NCBI GenBank assembly: GCA_964016885.1
Contig: OZ024741.1
Location: 141,608,001 to 141,672,000 of the forward strand
Reading direction: 5' to 3'
Length of the DNA stretch: 64,000 nt
Origin: Eledone cirrhosa
Taxonomy: Eukaryota
In this document: one piece after another, positions 17,627 through 29,125 of the stretch
How positions within the stretch are numbered: the first letter of the stretch is position 1
Layout: each line of letters starts with the position of its first letter
The notes under the pieces: generated by a model
Told to the model about the DNA's origin: nothing
The model's input: the letters and a program-made list of their open reading frames with translations, nothing else
Databases searched by the model: none
Translations under genes and position numbers: made by a program

Positions 17627-19070
17627 ATTTATTAATGCATGGACAGTTATATGACCTCCTTTTCAGCCGAGAGACATACTGATACATATTCAAACATTGA
17701 TACATATTCAAACATTGTGGGTCAACATTCATTACAGAATTTAGAGTGGCAGTACACACTTCGAGATTACATTTATATTAAGAGGTACAATCAAAAATCA
17801 AAAATACAGGTTAAAATACAACATGAAGATAAGCGGTTATATAGTGGAAATGTTATATGTGTGGCGCGCATGTGCGTCTTGTTTATATAGTGTGGCAGAG
17901 AGATATGTGTGGTAGAGGCACTTAGGTAGGTAAACAAGAGTGGTAGGTTGGTAGATCTGGTGGCAAATTCTTTATATGATTGATATAGTCTGTGTGTGGA
18001 GAAATATTATAAGCATTAAAAATAGTGCAAGCATTAAAAGTGTTAAAAGTATTGGAGATGCACAGCGCAGGGAAGTCAAGTATTTCATGTACTTCGGCAT
18101 TTTCATGGTCAGGGGAGTGTATTTTTCGATTATATGCCCTTCACATAATCCACGACAATCCAGTTAGAGATCGTAGTCTGGTGTTCTTTAGTTTAATACA
18201 GGAGGCTGTTACGTTTCGAGAAACGCCATTGAATACCGCCCGGAAGTGTGTGTGTGGCTAAGGGGAGTTAATGCATGCGGGGAGGTAACTCTGGGGTTTC
18301 TATACCTAGCTATTAAAATGTGTCCCAATATAGACCCTAATTTCTATGGTGATGCGCATCCTCCGAGAGAAATTTTTAAAGCACAAAGTCTATTAACTAT
18401 AGAGTAGTTTAATTAAGTTATGCTGAAGGTGATCATATTATTATGGTGGATTAACCCATCGTAAGGTGCCACAAATGGAAATTATAGATGATGAGCGAGG
18501 ATTCTAAATTAATGATCTCTGTGGTCGTAGTCTACTCATAGGACCAGGCGCGGTGATTGCAGGATTGCTTCAGGACCCAATGATCTCTGGTAAGATCTGG
18601 GTCATCGCTTGCTACATTGGATGTCGAGAGATAATCATCCCCAGGCCGGCCAGAGGTCAATCCGCAGTCCTCGCGACCCCTCTCTGACCGTCAGATCATC
18701 CATATATGTACAACCCGCACGGCTGTTGCAATGCATTCACTCACTGCGCTCAGCAGCCCGGTCCTACTGGTCAACAGCGTTACTAGATTAAAGCATTTTT
18801 CATCTGTCTAAGGAAGGTGTTTCCTCTGCACAACACTATCCAACCGATCAATTCATGCTCAAATTACCCTTAGAGCGGTGTAGTGCCGTTCAAGTGGGTG
18901 GATGTTGTCACACCTGACGTAGAGGTATAAATGGGTATTCTCCCTGCGAAGGGCTCCAGAGGGATGTCGTTGTTTGTGTTATAATAGATCAGTTAGTGTT
19001 GGGTATGTAGTATAAGGTGTGTCTCTGGTGTTTGATGCTAGATGTGGTGTTAGGTTCCAGTCCGACATTG

Positions 19071-20540
19071 CTATATATTGGGCTTAAAGTTTTGGAAGGA
19101 ATGTCTGAAGCGGTGCTGGCAAGTTGCAAACACCTCAGATTTTTTGTTAAGTAGGTTACGGTTGGAGAAGATAATATTGTGTGTCTCTAGTATACAGAGG
19201 TTACAAAATTTATTAGGTGGTTTGTACGAGGTCGCGCTGCCTATCACTTCCCATTTGAGTGTGTATGGTTTATTTTTAGATTTTAGATAGTGTATGTAGC
19301 TAGAAAGTGAGGTGGAGTTTGCTAGGCTGTGCTTTTTGAACGAGTGGATGTGCGAATTATATCTGATTTTGAAGCAGTTAGAAGTGGAGCCTACATAGGT
19401 TTCTGAAGAGTTGCTAGTTGTGACGGTGCATGAGTATATGATATCCTTGGTTAGGCATTTTTTATCTAAAGGGCAGGTTCTATTAGCTCTACAGTTACAA
19501 TTATCCTGTGCGTTAGTCCGCTGGTTATAATGCAGTGCGGAAGTCTGTGTGGTAGCTATAGGATTTTGGGCGTTCGGGTTGACAACCCTGGTGTTATTAC
19601 TTATACTAGTGTTATTTCTATTGTTACTGCCGTTGCTATGGTTGCTTGCTACAGTGGTATTTAGAGGGTTTGCATCCCGTTGTGATTTTGTTTGTTGGAA
19701 GTAAGAACTAATTTTACTATTATTGCTGCTAGCTATGTGGTATGCTAAGTTAGGTGTCGTAGAGTATGAGATTTTAATGGTGTTTTTGTTTAAGAGGTTG
19801 TGGTACTTGTGTCCTAGAGGGAAGTTTTTATCTAGTAGTGAGAAGAAAGCCCTAGGTATGTTGGTGGAGACATTTAGGTTGAAAGGAGGGTTGAAAAATG
19901 TATTATTTCTTCTTCTATTTTTGCTTTTAGTGTTTGGTGTGTTGCTTCCTCCTAAGGCCCCACAGTAGTTTCCATGGTAATGGTTACTTCCGGTGGCACC
20001 CTCCTCTTTGGTGCACTTGTGGTTGCTATTCCTATTATTAGGTTTCCTCATGGACATGTTGTGCGAGATGATGTTGTAGCTATGTGTTTTCTTAGGTAGG
20101 AACTCAATTTCTATATTATGGCCGGAGCTAGCTAATGCTTGATTGTAATATTGTGAGTTTTTGCTAAATATGTTTGCGTCATAGGACAGACTAGAGATTC
20201 TATTGGACACCCCCTTAGAGATAGAGTTTAATATTGATCTAGGGTGATTAGACTTGGTATCTACGTAAATAAGTTTCTCGTTAGGCTTATGGAAAGGTGT
20301 ATATATTTTTGAGTCTAGGTATAGTGTGGCGTCTAGGAAGTTAACATTTTTAGTGTTTTTGTCCATGGTGATACTAAGGTTAAAGTTTTTGAATGTCTTA
20401 TGCAATTGTTTTCTAGTTCTTTCTATATTAAATTTTTTATAGTCTATAAGTAGAAGTGCATCATCGCGGTACAAACCACCGTTGAGGTAAGGGAGGTCCT
20501 TATGGATTTCATTGAGGAGGTCATATAACTGTCCATGCAT
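19071..20540 (-). CDS. Penelope-like RT (C-terminal) plus GIY-YIG endonuclease
   Basis: GGLYRDD, VNFLD, SNHP, then CNCRANRTCPLDKKCL, IIYSC..YVGST..FKIRYNSH, CNLCILE..LLNKKSEVFATCQH; the first residues derive from the inverted pLTR. Confidence 0.9.
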   Translation of the reverse strand: MHGQLYDLLNEIHKDLPYLNGGLYRDDALLLIDYKKFNIERTRKQLHKTFKNFNLSITMDKNTKNVNFLDATLYLDSKIYTPFHKPNEKLIYVDTKSNHPRSILNSISKGVSNRISSLSYDANIFSKNSQYYNQALASSGHNIEIEFLPKKTHSYNIISHNMSMRKPNNRNSNHKCTKEEGATGSNHYHGNYCGALGGSNTPNTKSKNRRRNNTFFNPPFNLNVSTNIPRAFFSLLDKNFPLGHKYHNLLNKNTIKISYSTTPNLAYHIASSNNSKISSYFQQTKSQRDANPLNTTVASNHSNGSNNRNNTSISNNTRVVNPNAQNPIATTQTSALHYNQRTNAQDNCNCRANRTCPLDKKCLTKDIIYSCTVTTSNSSETYVGSTSNCFKIRYNSHIHSFKKHSLANSTSLSSYIHYLKSKNKPYTLKWEVIGSATSYKPPNKFCNLCILETHNIIFSNRNLLNKKSEVFATCQHRFRHSFQNFKPNI

Positions 20541-20794
20541 TAATAAATTGCTCCGAATAATCCAAACCTCGGTTTGGAGGAAACAGCTGTAAGCACAATA
20601 ATGTTTTGAACAGTTCTTTGATTCTTATATTTCATATAACTGCTCTGTAAATCATCTGATGTTTTTACATTGAGCTACTTAACTTACTGGTAATAAGGTA
20701 GTAATACATTACTGCCTACCACTATTTAGGGTGTGTAAAATACTTATAACTGCATAAGGTTTTGTATTTACATAACCATAAATAGTATAACTAA

Positions 20795-20869
<75 letters not shown>

Positions 20870-20871
<2 letters not shown>

Positions 20872-21195
20872 TGGAGGTTTGTATTGTAGGGCTTGGAATT
20901 TGCCAGCATTAAACTGCATGTTGTTTTCTTCCGCCCATTTGTATATGGCATCCAGATCTTGTTGTAAAAGGGCAGCGTCAGCCGGGTTTTTGATTGACTG
21001 TGCTACCTTAGTGTCATCAGCATAGCTAGTGAGGGATGTTGTTGTATGTACTACAGGGGGCATGTCTGAGAGAGCCACCAAAAACAGTAGTGGTCCCAGG
21101 ACTGTCCCCTGGGGCACCACACTTGTTATTGGTGTTTCCTTTGAGAGGGCCCCATTTACTGCGACTGTCTGGCTTCTGTCATAGAGGAAGTCATG
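20870..21195 (-). pseudogene. LINE (CR1/L2-group) RT fragment
   Basis: [43 protein letters not shown]. Confidence 0.85.
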
Positions 21196-21234
21196 CTTCC
21201 ACTCATCTACTTTTCTTTGCAGTGGAATGATATG

Positions 21235-21646
<412 letters not shown>

Positions 21647-22255
21647 AAACAAGGTTTAGCAAATAATGAAAAAGTTTCAAAATAAATTTTAAAAAATTAA
21701 CTTTACCTACTATAGTTACCTTTACCGATCGGTTTCGAATCCCAAAAATAAACGGGGGTCTTACGGCCTTCGTTGCAAAGAGAGATTCTCGTCAGAAGGT
21801 TCTTTTCGTTCGAAGAATATAAAATTCCTGAATTTAAATTACGAACTAGCGCTATTCAAAACTGTTCCGGAGATGAGGGTGAAATGAGGTGGAATCAATT
21901 TTGTCAAGGGCCGAAGTAAAAATAGAGGCAGAAGGAGGTAGGTCAAACTAGCAGCGTCTATCACTAGCAGCAGTCAGGACGACCAAGTTTGCACTCAACA
22001 AGAGAGGAGTTTAGTAAAAATAGGATATGTATTCCTTCACGCACAGGCGCAAAGAGACACATGTATTGTCCAACCAAATGCCAATGTGGTTCAATGGCAG
22101 GTTAATAAATTAACGAGCCAGAACATATATAAACAAGATTTAGCAAATAATGAATTCTGGCTCGTTAATTTATTAACCTGCCATTGAACCACATTGGCAT
22201 TTGGTTGGACAATACATGTGTCTCTTTGCGCCTGTGCGTGAAGGAATACATATCC

Positions 22256-22263
<8 letters not shown>
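21647..22263 (-). mobile_element. ~484-nt hammerhead unit with terminal redundancy and fold-back
   Basis: AAACAAG(G/A)TTTAGCAAATAATGAA at 21647 and 22131; perfect inverted arms 22016-22123 / 22155-22262. Confidence 0.75.
21718..21800 (-). ncRNA. Canonical type I hammerhead ribozyme
   Basis: acctt-CTGACGA-gaatc...gattc-GAAA-ccgatcgg-TA-aaggt; all core residues intact. Confidence 0.88.
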
Positions 22264-22320
<57 letters not shown>

Positions 22321-22363
22321 AAATATATATATATTATATATCAAATATATATATATTATATAT

Positions 22364-22406
<43 letters not shown>

Positions 22407-22444
22407 AATATATATATATTATATAGCAAATAAATATATATATG

Positions 22445-23995
22445 AAATATATGCAAAAGTTTTATTTAAAATTGTTGGGTTACAACGAGTAAATATTTTA
22501 TAACTGATATAAAAGCACCCAACAAGTTTTGGAGTAGGTTTACGATATTAAACAAATGGAAACTATATTTATAAAACCATATTTATTTCATTATATATAT
22601 TTCAGGGATATCATATTAAAAATATGGTATGCCTTCCTCAGACAAAATACAATATATAAACCGTTTTATAAATAAATTTGACATACCTTAAACAATACAA
22701 CTTCCATTTAAAAAGTTGATTTGGTAGTGAAAATGTTAAGGACAGTTAGAAAGAAAGACGAAGAGAAAAAAGAAGGAAAGTGTATAGTGCTAAGGACGAA
22801 GAGAAGAAGAAAGAAAATGTATAGTGCTAAGGACAGTTAGAGAGGAAGACGAAGAAGATGAAGAGATGTATGTAAAGAAAAAACAACAGAGCGAGATAGA
22901 GAAAGAGATATGGGAGAGAGAAATATATTGAGGAAGTGAAAAATGATAGGCAGCTTGGGCACAGATGATCAACGTACAAATGAGAGATTAAGGAGGGAAG
23001 GGGGTACTGTAATTATTTATTTATTTATTTATTTAGTTATAGTGTTAAGGATACGGAGAGAAATAAAAATAAAAATAAAAATAAATAAAGAGAGGTATAG
23101 AGAGATATAGGTGGTGGGAGAAGAGAGGTAGATCGAGTAATATCTATCATACGAGGTGGGAGAGATACAGTTAAATCAGCCGATACATAAATCCCGTCAA
23201 GTGTAGATGGAGGAGGAGAAGAAAATAGATATATTCAGAAAGAAAGATGATAGATTTAAAATATTATGTTTCATCCATTCGAATTATCAATTCATATGAA
23301 TTAGGTATTATAATGTAAATATCAATATTCATGAATGAGACACATATCAATAATGTGTGAAAAAATGAAAAAATAATGACCCTATGTTTAGTTTTAAAAA
23401 TTCTTAGGTTTATAATCAAAATCTGAGATAAAACTTCAAAAATACTGAAACACATAAGTATATATGTATTTTCATGAAAAAAGAAAAAGAGAAAAGAGAA
23501 GGTTATCTCAAATTCAAGTTGACAATTATAGACACACATGTGAATTTACGTGATCGGCTCTGTAAATTCTTATTTTTCATGAAAATCTTCATTGCGTTAC
23601 AAAAAATTCCACCAAATTCTCCCATATCTCTTTCTCTATCTCGCTCTGTTGTTTTTTCTTTACATACATCTCTTCATCTTCTTCGTCTTCCTCTCTAACT
23701 CTCCTTAGCACTATACATTTTCTTTCTTCTTCTCTTCGTCCTTAGCACTATACACTTTCCTTCTTTTTTCTCTTCGTCTTTCTTTCTAACTGTCCTTAAC
23801 ATTTTCACTACCAAATCAACTTTTTAAATGGAAGTTGTATTGTTTAAGGTATGTCAAATTTATTTATAAAACGGTTTATATATTGTATTTTGTCTGAGGA
23901 AGGCATACCATATTTTTAATATGATATCCCTGAAATATATATAATGAAATAAATATGGTTTTATAAATATCGTTTCCATTTGTTTAATATCGTAT
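22445..23995. mobile_element. Large fold-back Penelope-like element (arms ~22544-22925 / ~23620-23993)
   Basis: ~380-nt near-perfect inverted repeat; hammerhead-like CTGAGGA-agg..cct-GAAA at ~23894-23945 (+) and its mirror; tail at 22445-22543. Confidence 0.7.
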
Positions 23996-24124
23996 ATGAA
24001 ATATATATATATATATCAAATATATATATCAAATATAAATATATATATATATCAAATATATATATCAAATATAAATATATATACATATATATCAAATATA
24101 TATATATATATATATAATCTGTTA

Positions 24125-24169
<45 letters not shown>

Positions 24170-24174
<5 letters not shown>

Positions 24175-24372
24175 GATAAATCTACCAAGAGTTTACGGTA
24201 GTGTCCAATCCGTATATATATATATGTATTTGATATGTAAGAACCCTAGAGCAAATATTTATTAAAATAACAGATTCAATTTTAAGCAAAGTATCGCTGC
24301 TTTCACCCTCAACGGGATCTTCTGCAGATCCCGTTGAAAGCAGCGATTCTTTGCTTATACTTTAATCTGTTA

Positions 24373-24380
<8 letters not shown>
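24170..24380. mobile_element. Short fold-back element; family also at ~24860-24920, 25340-25402, 54552-54661
   Basis: Arms ATTAAAATAACAGATT..AAGCAAAG inverted around 24325; partial GAAGA-tccc..gggt-GAAA. Confidence 0.6.
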
Positions 24381-24421
<41 letters not shown>

Positions 24422-25148
24422 ATATTATTTGTCGTTAGTGAAACGTGTGTAAAGCGTATAAAATGCTTTAATATCACTAATTAAGTGCAATTATTTGAAC
24501 TTACCTTATGGATTTACCATAGATATGTTTGCTCTACATAATCGTTGACTGAAATAACAAAATAACACATTGACCTTTGGATTGTCTTGTCATTTCATAT
24601 TCATGTAACTCTTTCTCTACTTATTAAGCAAGCTTATATATAATATAAGAGGGTGTAGTAAGATACCAGGGGGACTATAACGCACGAGAGTACTCAATAC
24701 GTAGGGTAGTAGAGTGGGTAATAGGGAAAGAGTCAGGGCCCCTGACTCTTCTCTTTTCCTATATATATATATACATAGAAATAATAAATGTGAATAATAA
24801 AATCCGAAGAGCGCTCAATAAGGATTATATATATATAGTATATATAAGCCCGTAGATCAAATATTTCAGATCCCGTTAAGGGTGAAAGCAGTGATTCTTT
24901 GCTTAAAATTTAATCTGTACTTAAGAGATATCAACATGAATGGACCTGTTATTTTTATCTAAAGACATTTTTTCAAATTCCACCCCGCTTTTCCCTTCAA
25001 TCTATCTAATTTCTCATTCTTTCTTCTGATGAAGACTAGCGTCCTAAACGTCAAAACCCTCTTCCTGCTATTTCAAGCGTTAACCTAATACTTTCCTTCC
25101 ATATATTGTATAGATAGTGTTATTTCTGTTTAGCTTTTACATATTTAC

Positions 25149-25181
<33 letters not shown>

Positions 25182-25252
25182 AAAAAAAAAGATGAAATGG
25201 AAAATGCAACTGGAGTCTTATTTTTAAAAATATATATATATTTATTTGGTTC

Positions 25253-25288
25253 CTTTACCGGTTTCGCAGTTCTTCTGCTTTTCAAAAG
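25253..25288 (-). ncRNA. Minimal hammerhead with U3-A8 core
   Basis: ctt-TTGAAAA-gcag aagaa ctgc-GAAA-ccgg-TA-aag. Confidence 0.7.
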
Positions 25289-25942
25289 TAGAGTTGAGAT
25301 GGAGGGTCTGTGATTTTTCTCACATATATGTATATATATTTATTAAAATAACAGATTAAAGTTTAAGCAAAGGATTTTAGTCTTCAAATTTATTATTATT
25401 AATATATATATATATATATATAAACTCCCGTGTAACGATATTTTGATTCGGTCTGAGCTGGTGTTTGGGTAATTTGCAGTCTATGTACACACATTCTCCC
25501 AAATAAAATAATTCGTAGTCTGGTACGATGACAAACATGGTTTTTTACATTTCTTTCTCTGACCAAACTGAGACAATTACTAAACCTGCATTTTCAGACT
25601 CAACACTCACTCACGTCAAGTGCTGTGACAGGTTATAATACCATACGGCTCTCTTCATGTCTTTATCTAGAGCACATGTAAAGAAATATTTGGGTAGCAA
25701 GACTCAAACTTGGGCTTAATGAAGAAAGTAACATACCCTTATTTGCTATTGAATGCCCATTCTCGCGACCAATACTAAGCCAATATATATATATATATGT
25801 GTGTGTGTGTGTCTGTGTGTGCATATATGTATGTATGTGAGGTGAGTGCGAACATTTAACACAAATAATAGGCCTGTGTCTGATGAAGAGGGAATTATTA
25901 TAAAATAAATGAATGCTTGTAATAGAGTATATATATATGTAA

Positions 25943-26039
<97 letters not shown>

Positions 26040-26262
26040 GCGATCCATTCTTAACACGAATTCGTCTTTCAGATTAATTGAATAAGTGTTATTTCAGGTA
26101 CCAGTGCTGTAGGCACCATCTTTTACTAAGTAATTTAGATTCTGATATATATTTTGTTTTGACTCCATTACTGATAGCACCTTCTCCGTTTAGTAACAAA
26201 ATGATTACAAAAATTCTAGTCTTTCTTTGAGCAACAGCAATTCCATTACATTTGCAAATTCC

Positions 26263-26302
<40 letters not shown>

Positions 26303-27359
26303 CGATGTACTTTTATTTACATAAGGGAAATTTGCTTTCTTCTTTTTACATTTTCATTTACATTATTAATATTTCAACCCTTCTAGCTATATGTCTATAT
26401 TGGTCGATATTTTCTTCATTGTATAAAAATATTTTCGTCTCTCTGATCATCCACCCACATGAAATTATATATTTCAGTGTCGGAATGTATGTAATAAATA
26501 CTTATGCTGATAGAATAATCCTGATGTCATCGATGTACATATTGTTTTAGAATAGTGATTCCGAAAATGGCATCACATGTCTCTCAATGAGGAATATAGG
26601 AGAAATTCAAATTAAGAAAGAACAGTATATGTTGTTATCATCATTATCGTCCATTTTTCCTGCTAGGAAGGTTTGAGCGGGTCGTCACAGTCCAAGTCAG
26701 TCTTTTGCTGGAGCACCTTGCCTTTAATTTAGGTGTCTAAGATGGGTGCATTTCGCTTATATACGTTCCAGTACTCTACTGCGGTTGAATTATAGTGGCA
26801 CCAGCTTTAGTGAGGTTTTTATATCTTTGAAATGAATGAAGAGTACTCTCGACCCTATATATGTATATCCAACGAAATACCAATTTTGAAATATGAAAAG
26901 CTTATTCAGGTTAATACTGTGTTTGGACTAAAAATTACTAGATGACAATTCAAAATCGGGAGGAGTTTGGGAAACATCGGATTTCGAGGAGACAAAATGT
27001 GACCTGAATCTCCAAAAACCATTGATTAAATAAAAACATTCTGAATTTTAAAAATGTAATGTAAATATAATGTATACGAGCTTACAACATTACATTGGAT
27101 TTGCCTAGCGTCAGTTTCAAAGCAACCCTTTAGTATTGTGAAGAGTAGCGTAATAGAAAGAAAGACAAATGGAGGCACAGATATGGCTGTGGGGCTAAGA
27201 AATTATTTTCGCAACCACGTGGTTCTATTATCAGTTTCGCTGTTTTATAGCTTGGACAAGTGTCTTCTACACACTACGATTGACCAATGCCTTGTGAAAC
27301 CCGCTGTGCGCACACTCATATAAACACACGCGCGCACACATGCACACGCATATATATAT

Positions 27360-27880
27360 AGAAGTGGTTACACAACAGTTAGTTCACCATACCAATAACA
27401 ATTGTTTCACCTGAGCGGATCCTCAGCTCGTAATGGAGATGGTTATACGGAACAGGAAGGACACTCGTATGAACGCCCACGCGCAGAAACGGTCGCTTCA
27501 CTCAGGCAATACTAAATTGCGTTCGAGAGGTGTAAGGGAGATAAATGGGAAAGTTCGAAAGTTTCTAGTTGATAAGAAAATTAAGATGTTGTTGTAATTC
27601 AATCTGGAGCTTTGTAGTTATTTAAGAGGTGTTTCCAGACGTCTGAACAACGTGTGAAGAGTTCATTTCTTGAGTTTGGGCAATCGCTATTGTGTAATCT
27701 CTTTAGAATATTTATTCGTTCATCAATACATAGTCAACACGACGAGCTGAGGATGCGCTAAGGTGAAACAATTGTTCTCGGTATGGTGAACTAACTGTTG
27801 TGTAACCACTTCTACCTAACTCGTCCCATAGACTGAGTGCTCTACCACTACGGATATTACCTTCCAGTATTCTACCACTA
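27360..27880 (-). mobile_element. Heavily 5'-truncated Neptune-type Penelope element with inverted pLTR
   Basis: Arms 27360-27430 / 27743-27813; spacer encodes C*LCIDERINIL..NSRNELFTRC (GIY-YIG C-terminus) on minus strand at ~27599-27740. Confidence 0.85.
27743..27780 (+). ncRNA. Minimal hammerhead (mirror copy 27393-27430 -)
   Basis: cgag-CTGAGGA-tgcgctaaggt-GAAA-caattg-TT-ctcg. Confidence 0.65.
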
Positions 27881-28163
27881 TATATATATATATATAATTT
27901 GTATATATTTATATATATATATATATAATTTGTGTCTGTACTTGTACCTTTAGTTAGCAATTTGCCAAAAGGGAGGGAGATAAAAACAAATCTGAAAATA
28001 AATATTGTGGGGTTAATATAAATGACTAAATCAATGCAGGGCCCTGACATGTCGTACAATCGTATTCTAGTAACTGAAACTAGGAAAGAATAAAAGAACA
28101 ACACCGACACACACAGTCACACATACACACACATACACACACATACACACACAGACATACACA

Positions 28164-28263
<100 letters not shown>

Positions 28264-28685
28264 CACACAGACACAGACAAACACACACAGACAGACAGAC
28301 ACACACACACACACAGTATGGAAGCATGGATTAATGGTGTAGCAATTGAGATTGTAGTGAATATGAACAAGGATGCTTTATTTGAAAGCGCCATAACACA
28401 TTATTGTCGTATTCATCTGTCCTATCTATAGCTACAATTAATCATATAGAAAATCAATTCTTTACTGACGAAAAATAGACATATTGGAGACATTGGATCT
28501 TCCAAGTGAAACATTATTGTTTTCTATTGTTATTGTTCTTATTGTTTTCTATAGTAGTTGTTGTTTGTTTTTTTTATCGTAACAAACACGATAATGGTGA
28601 AATGGGAAAATATAATATAATCTTATCTCACTAGACGAGAGGTAGCGTGAGATTATTCAACAACTAATACAACTACTACTGCTGA

Positions 28686-28716
<31 letters not shown>

Positions 28717-29097
28717 GTTCTTTGAGTCTCAGTCAGTTAACTGGAAAGTTTGTTGAAATGAATATCAAGCCACTACCTGCAGCTTCAGATATTCAGGACG
28801 TATCGGAGGGTTATTGCTGTTCCAGCAAGCATGCCTTTTGAAGCGTTCCAAAAGCGTGAAGGGGCCAATTTTCTTTAACCATCCCTGGAAACTTTTTGAG
28901 ATAGTACCTAGTGCGCCTATGCGCACTTTGACTTCATGGCAGTTCCAAATCCTTTTTACCTCCCACTTTAAGTCCTGGTATCGGTTAATTTTCTCCCTCT
29001 CCTTCTCTTGCACTCTCGTGTCGAATGGACAGGCCACATCCACAATCAGGCACGATCTTTTTTCTTTGTCCACAACCACCAGGTCAGGTCTATTGTG
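28717..29097 (-). mobile_element. 5'-truncated copy of the R4/Dong element 3' end
   Basis: Nearly identical to 29130-29530 with small deletions; bounded by (TAA)n on both sides. Confidence 0.9.
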
Positions 29098-29125
29098 ATT
29101 ATTATTATTATTATTATTATTATTT

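Larger units (their letters stand above)
17539..20710 (-). mobile_element. 5'-truncated Penelope-like (Neptune-type) retroelement with inverted pLTR
   Basis: RT C-terminus plus GIY-YIG ORF; 17539-17660 is the inverted repeat of 20515-20637; hammerhead in each repeat. Confidence 0.9.

Noticed and set aside
24286-24350. Hammerhead-like GAAGA-tccc/gggt-GAAA at a fold-back junction
   Set aside because: 5' stem I is lost at the junction and no clear stem III or UH site is present
25022-25056. CTGATGA-agactagcgtcc-TAAA-cgtc; similar motifs at 40533-40565, 60622-60652 and 61852-61910
   Set aside because: Probably decayed hammerheads, but the core or stem I is broken, so not called
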